From Klebsormidium nitens (taxonomy: Eukaryota; Plantae; Klebsormidiophyceae), in assembly GCA_000708835.1 (NCBI GenBank), contig DF237064.1, forward strand, positions 62,001 through 126,000: a stretch of 64,000 nucleotides of DNA. The letters are read 5' to 3'. Shown piece by piece: positions 60,505-64,000 of the stretch; the stretch's first letter is position 1, and each line of letters starts with the position of its first letter. A program made the translations under genes and the position numbers. The notes beneath the pieces were generated by a model. It made no database searches and had not been told where the DNA came from. It saw nothing but the letters and a program-made list of their open reading frames with translations.

Positions 60505-61474
60505 GCGTTCCTTGGATTTCCGGAGCAGACTGTAAGAGATTGTAAAGTAGCAATGATTAATCTCTTTGTCATCTAGTTATCTCTTTTCAATTCATGAAGG
60601 CAGGTGTGACTATGCCAGATCTTCAATGCACGGGAATCTATGTGCTTACTTCGTCCATGAGATGATAGGACAATCAAATGATGTTTGGTGTGCCTCTCAG
60701 TGCCGGGTGAAGATTCAGCAGGTTCTTAGTAGACATGTCCCATTCGATCAGGAGTGAGGTAGCATCTCATGTATTGCCATGTCGCTAGAAATCAGCTGTT
60801 AGAGAGTGCTTGTTAACTCAGGATAGAAACATTTTTTGATGAAGCCCGAACTCCGAAATTGCTTGTTTCTGCGCCATGGGCCCGGGTGTCTAAGCGTGTA
60901 CATAAAGAAATGACCATAGAATCGGATCTTGTAAGGTATATGGTCAAATCATTGAACGTAGCCAAGAATTCCCACAAAGGGCAATTGTAAACCTGATCCC
61001 TACTGTACAACTCATTAATTCAACCTGATTGCATGCTCGGCGTCGACTCAACTTAAGAAAAAGATATGTAGGAAGTACGCACATCCAATTGCACATGTGG
61101 CTGGTTTCAAAACCGGCCGAAGTACGTATCCCAAAGATGTCACTACTACTGACAGTGTGTACAATCATTACGATCAAGCTAAATTCAATCGAGTAATATG
61201 CTGTATATAGGCCGTCTTTGCCCAGAATCATTGAGTCACTTATGCACATCGTATGCACACGCCCTTTTAACTTTTACGTCACGTTGCAAGCCAGAAACAC
61301 ATACCAGACTGATGTTCGACTAGCTTTACATTATACTATATCAAATGACCTGGCGCACCTACGTGACGTGTGTTAGTACGTAGCTATCATGTAACCGTTG
61401 AATTGGTATATGCCTAAAATAAGAAAACATCATGCATGCCTATATTCTAAACCCGCGGCTGGCAAAAGACTCTT

Positions 61475-61811
61475 ATAAGAGTTTTTTGATCTTATATAAG
61501 GTGATCAATATTGATCACCTTGTATNNNNNNNNNNNNNNNNNNNNNNNNNNNNNNNNNNNNNNNNNNNNNNNNNNNNNNNNNNNNNNNNNNNNNNNNNNN
61601 NNNNNNNNNNNNNNNNNNNNNNNNNNNNNNNNNNNNNNNNNNNNNNNNNNNNNNNNNNNNNNNNNNNNNNNNNNNNNNNNNNNNNNNNNNNNNNNNNNNN
61701 NNNNNNNNNNNNNNNNNNNNNNNNNNNNNNNNNNNNNNNNNNNNNNNNNNNNNNNNNNNNNNATAAGGTGATCAATATTGATCACCTTGTATAAGATCAA
61801 AAAACTCTTAT
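61475..61811. repeat. About 70-bp near-perfect palindrome straddling an N gap
   Basis: The left arm ataagagttttttgatcttatataaggtgatcaat is the reverse complement of the right arm attgatcaccttgtataagatcaaaaaactcttat with one T.G mismatch. The central 30 bp appear on both sides of the gap. Confidence 0.85.
61526..61762. other. Assembly gap (N run) at the palindrome
   Basis: N run. The 30-mer ataaggtgatcaatattgatcaccttgtat is present on both flanks. Confidence 0.98.
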
Positions 61812-62272
61812 CGCATAATTCTACTATAAGCGGCGATCATCTCGCCGCATTTTCAACTATAGTTGGAGTGATTCAAATGAATAATCCACTAATCCAGCAA
61901 TCCCCATGAAATGATTGTGGCGGATGTTAGTAAGGTCACATGTTTATTGAGCATGAGGGAGAGACGCAGAACTTATAAGGCGCGCATTGACCTCAGAGAG
62001 AGCATCATTCGCATCCAAGTAGAGTGCATGGAAAATTACGACCGGGCGGCATGATCACAAAGGGCGCATTACATCCATGAATTCGAGTTGCTAAGTTGTT
62101 AAGATGTTCGGGTGCTGTGAAGGTGGAACAAACACAAATCGAGGAGAAACGAAAATCGCCCATAACCTGGCTTCAACTGGAACATCATCTGCACTCAGCT
62201 GATCTAAGTTCTCAGAGGAAGTGCCTCGACGGCACCTGTTTCATCCGGCCCATCTTCCCATCTTCCGTCCAG

Positions 62273-63817
62273 TCAACCCAGGTTTTTCTTCAATTTCTTT
62301 TTACCTACATACTCGACAATCCCTGCCTCTCCTTCTGCGTCGGGTTCCGCACTCGGCGGCTCCGCCTCCGCTCCTGCCGTCCGTTTGGACTTCTTGTCTA
62401 TTCTGCGCTTCTTCGACACTATTTCGGCTTCATGCACTGCCGCATCCATTTCGGACTGCTCATCGCCATGCCTCTCCCTCCTTCCCTTCTTCTTGTTCTG
62501 CTCAAACTCGGTTGTTTCCTCCTCTTCAGCAGGCTCCTCTCCATGCATTTTTGCTGCAATCTCATCAGATACCGCCCCTTCATCTCGCTTCGCTTTCTTC
62601 CCCTTCTTTGCTGGAAGACCTTCTCCGTTTGCCCCCTCATCCCGGTGCCCAACTCCTTCCATCGCCAAACCCTCCCTCTTCCCCAGCTCCTCACCGTCCA
62701 CGTGCCGCTTCCGTTTCCGCTTTTTTTCGTTCCGTTCCGTTGCCCCATCATCCTCCACCACCAAAGCTGTCTTCGCCTCATGCTCAAGCACGTCACCGTC
62801 CACCTGCCGCTTCCGTTTCCGCTTCTTTTCCTTCCGTTCCGTGGTCCGACCGTCCTCCCCGGCTTCGTTGCCCCCATCGACCCTGTCCTCATCTTCTTTT
62901 TCAGGGAGTTCGTGCGCCTCTTCTGTGGCCCCATACGCGCCCCCCTTTGGCGAATTCTTAATCGGACGCTCTGAGAAAAGGTCCGCAAACATCTGACGCG
63001 CCCCCTCGGACGCAGACACGTGGGCCCGCCACGAGACCGGCGAGCTCTTGTACCTGAAGGCGAGGCCGTCAAGGTGCCGTCAGTTTTCAAGGCCTCGCTT
63101 GACTTTTGTTGAATGCCCTAAGCTTCCACCCTCGGCCTTGCTCAGAACGTTCTCCTGGCCTGGGCAAAGTTCTGGATGCGAGAACTTGAGATACCGTACT
63201 GCTTTTTAGTTTCGGCAAAAAACGAAAGATTACTTGCCCCGCTGAGAATGTTGAATCATTATCCAAGCGCGATAATGGTACTTTTTAGCAGGCAACGCTG
63301 AGTCTGCCGAAAGTTTCGAACGTTTGAATACTCATTTGGCGTCGAAGGAGCCGAATTGAAAAGCAGTTCTGTTTGGATACCGTGTAGAGCAAAATAATAT
63401 GCAAAATCGAAGAATAGAACCGACGAGCGAGTTGTCCAGAGAGGGCCTGAGCACGTAGATTCTTGAATTCTCTCGTGAGCAAAAGATCACAGTATTGCAG
63501 AACTCTACAAGGCAGAAAATACGGGTCCAGGCTCAGAAAGGGGTCTATTTGGCCGCATGACGTGCAGATTTCTGAGGACAACTCAAAATTCGAGACACCT
63601 TGAAGCCCCGAACTTTGAGGTGGATCGTTTGCAAAGAGCCACACTGACCCCGCAGATCGTGTGGTTGCCGGATAAACGCGCACAGCGCGAGAGGAGACAA
63701 AACGAATGCAATGAATAACATGTTAAGAGGAAGCTCACAGTGAGACGCTGGCCTTGAACAATACGTGTGGCCCGTGCGATGTGCGCAGGAGCGCAGCTTC
63801 GCCGTCAGCCAGCTCAC
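62273..63817 (-). CDS. 3' part of a Nop9/APUM23-like Pumilio-repeat nucleolar protein with a K/E-rich tail; exons 63817-63739 and 63053-62273, 5' part upstream or outside the window
   Basis: Spliced peptide ELADGEAALLRTSHGPHVLFKASVSLYKSSPVSWRAHVSASEGARQMFADLF resembles the Nop9/APUM23 C-terminal motif as I recall it (EL...L.KT..G..L.....Y..RP..W.........F...F). It is followed by KKRKRKR-rich NLS/NoLS repeats. Confidence 0.65.
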
Positions 63818-63847
63818 CTACAATTGCCTGCATTTGGGGTTTTCAAG

Positions 63848-63863
63848 TTTTAGGGTTTTAGGG
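63848..63863 (+). repeat. Two tandem TTTTAGGG telomere-type units (telo-box-like) in an intron of the Nop9-like gene
   Basis: ttttagggttttaggg. Confidence 0.5.
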
Positions 63864-64000
63864 TAGAATATCGCAACCGTACGAGATGCACCGCTGCGCT
63901 GTTGCCCCTGTCACGGTTGCCGACATTACAACCAGTCAAAAGTCGCCTCGCTGTTCTCAACCTGGTGAGATGGACGGCTGACGTCACTCTCGATCACAGC

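Noticed and set aside
62096-62996. Three long plus-strand ORFs (292, 246 and 203 aa)
   Set aside because: Antisense shadows of the purine-rich Nop9-like tail.
1-64000. tRNA, rRNA, snRNA, snoRNA genes and autonomous transposon ORFs
   Set aside because: By eye I found no cloverleaf with a T-loop in context, no rRNA-like sequence, no convincing box C/D pair, and no transposase, RT or integrase motifs. A tRNAscan-SE/Infernal/RepeatModeler run would be needed to exclude them formally.

Overview
Eukaryotic nuclear DNA with multi-exon genes (GT-AG introns, plus two GC-AG introns) and two N gaps. The gene content suggests an early streptophyte green alga such as Klebsormidium: a plastid ABCI10, a PTB-type Na+/Pi symporter, GT61, an APUM23-like gene and TTTTAGGG motifs. 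That assignment is inference. By hand I assembled 12 gene models, most of them spliced and frame-checked: a partial low-complexity protein, ABCI10, GT61, a plastid-type 2OG-Fe(II) oxygenase, a frameshifted F-box/LRR gene, a GNAT, VPS24/CHMP3, an RlmN-like radical SAM enzyme, a secreted dirigent/AOC-barrel-like protein, a 1107-aa disordered orphan, a PiT/PTB transporter and the 3' end of Nop9/APUM23. The most striking pattern is that four genes carry decayed tandem copies ('echoes') of exon-intron junctions inside their introns. Periods are about 105-190 bp and the differences are biased to synonymous/third positions. Other highlights are a dirigent-like gene hidden from the ORF track by splicing, a GNAT of a family I recall mainly from fungi, and a 70-bp palindrome at an assembly gap. 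All alignments and counts were made by eye.
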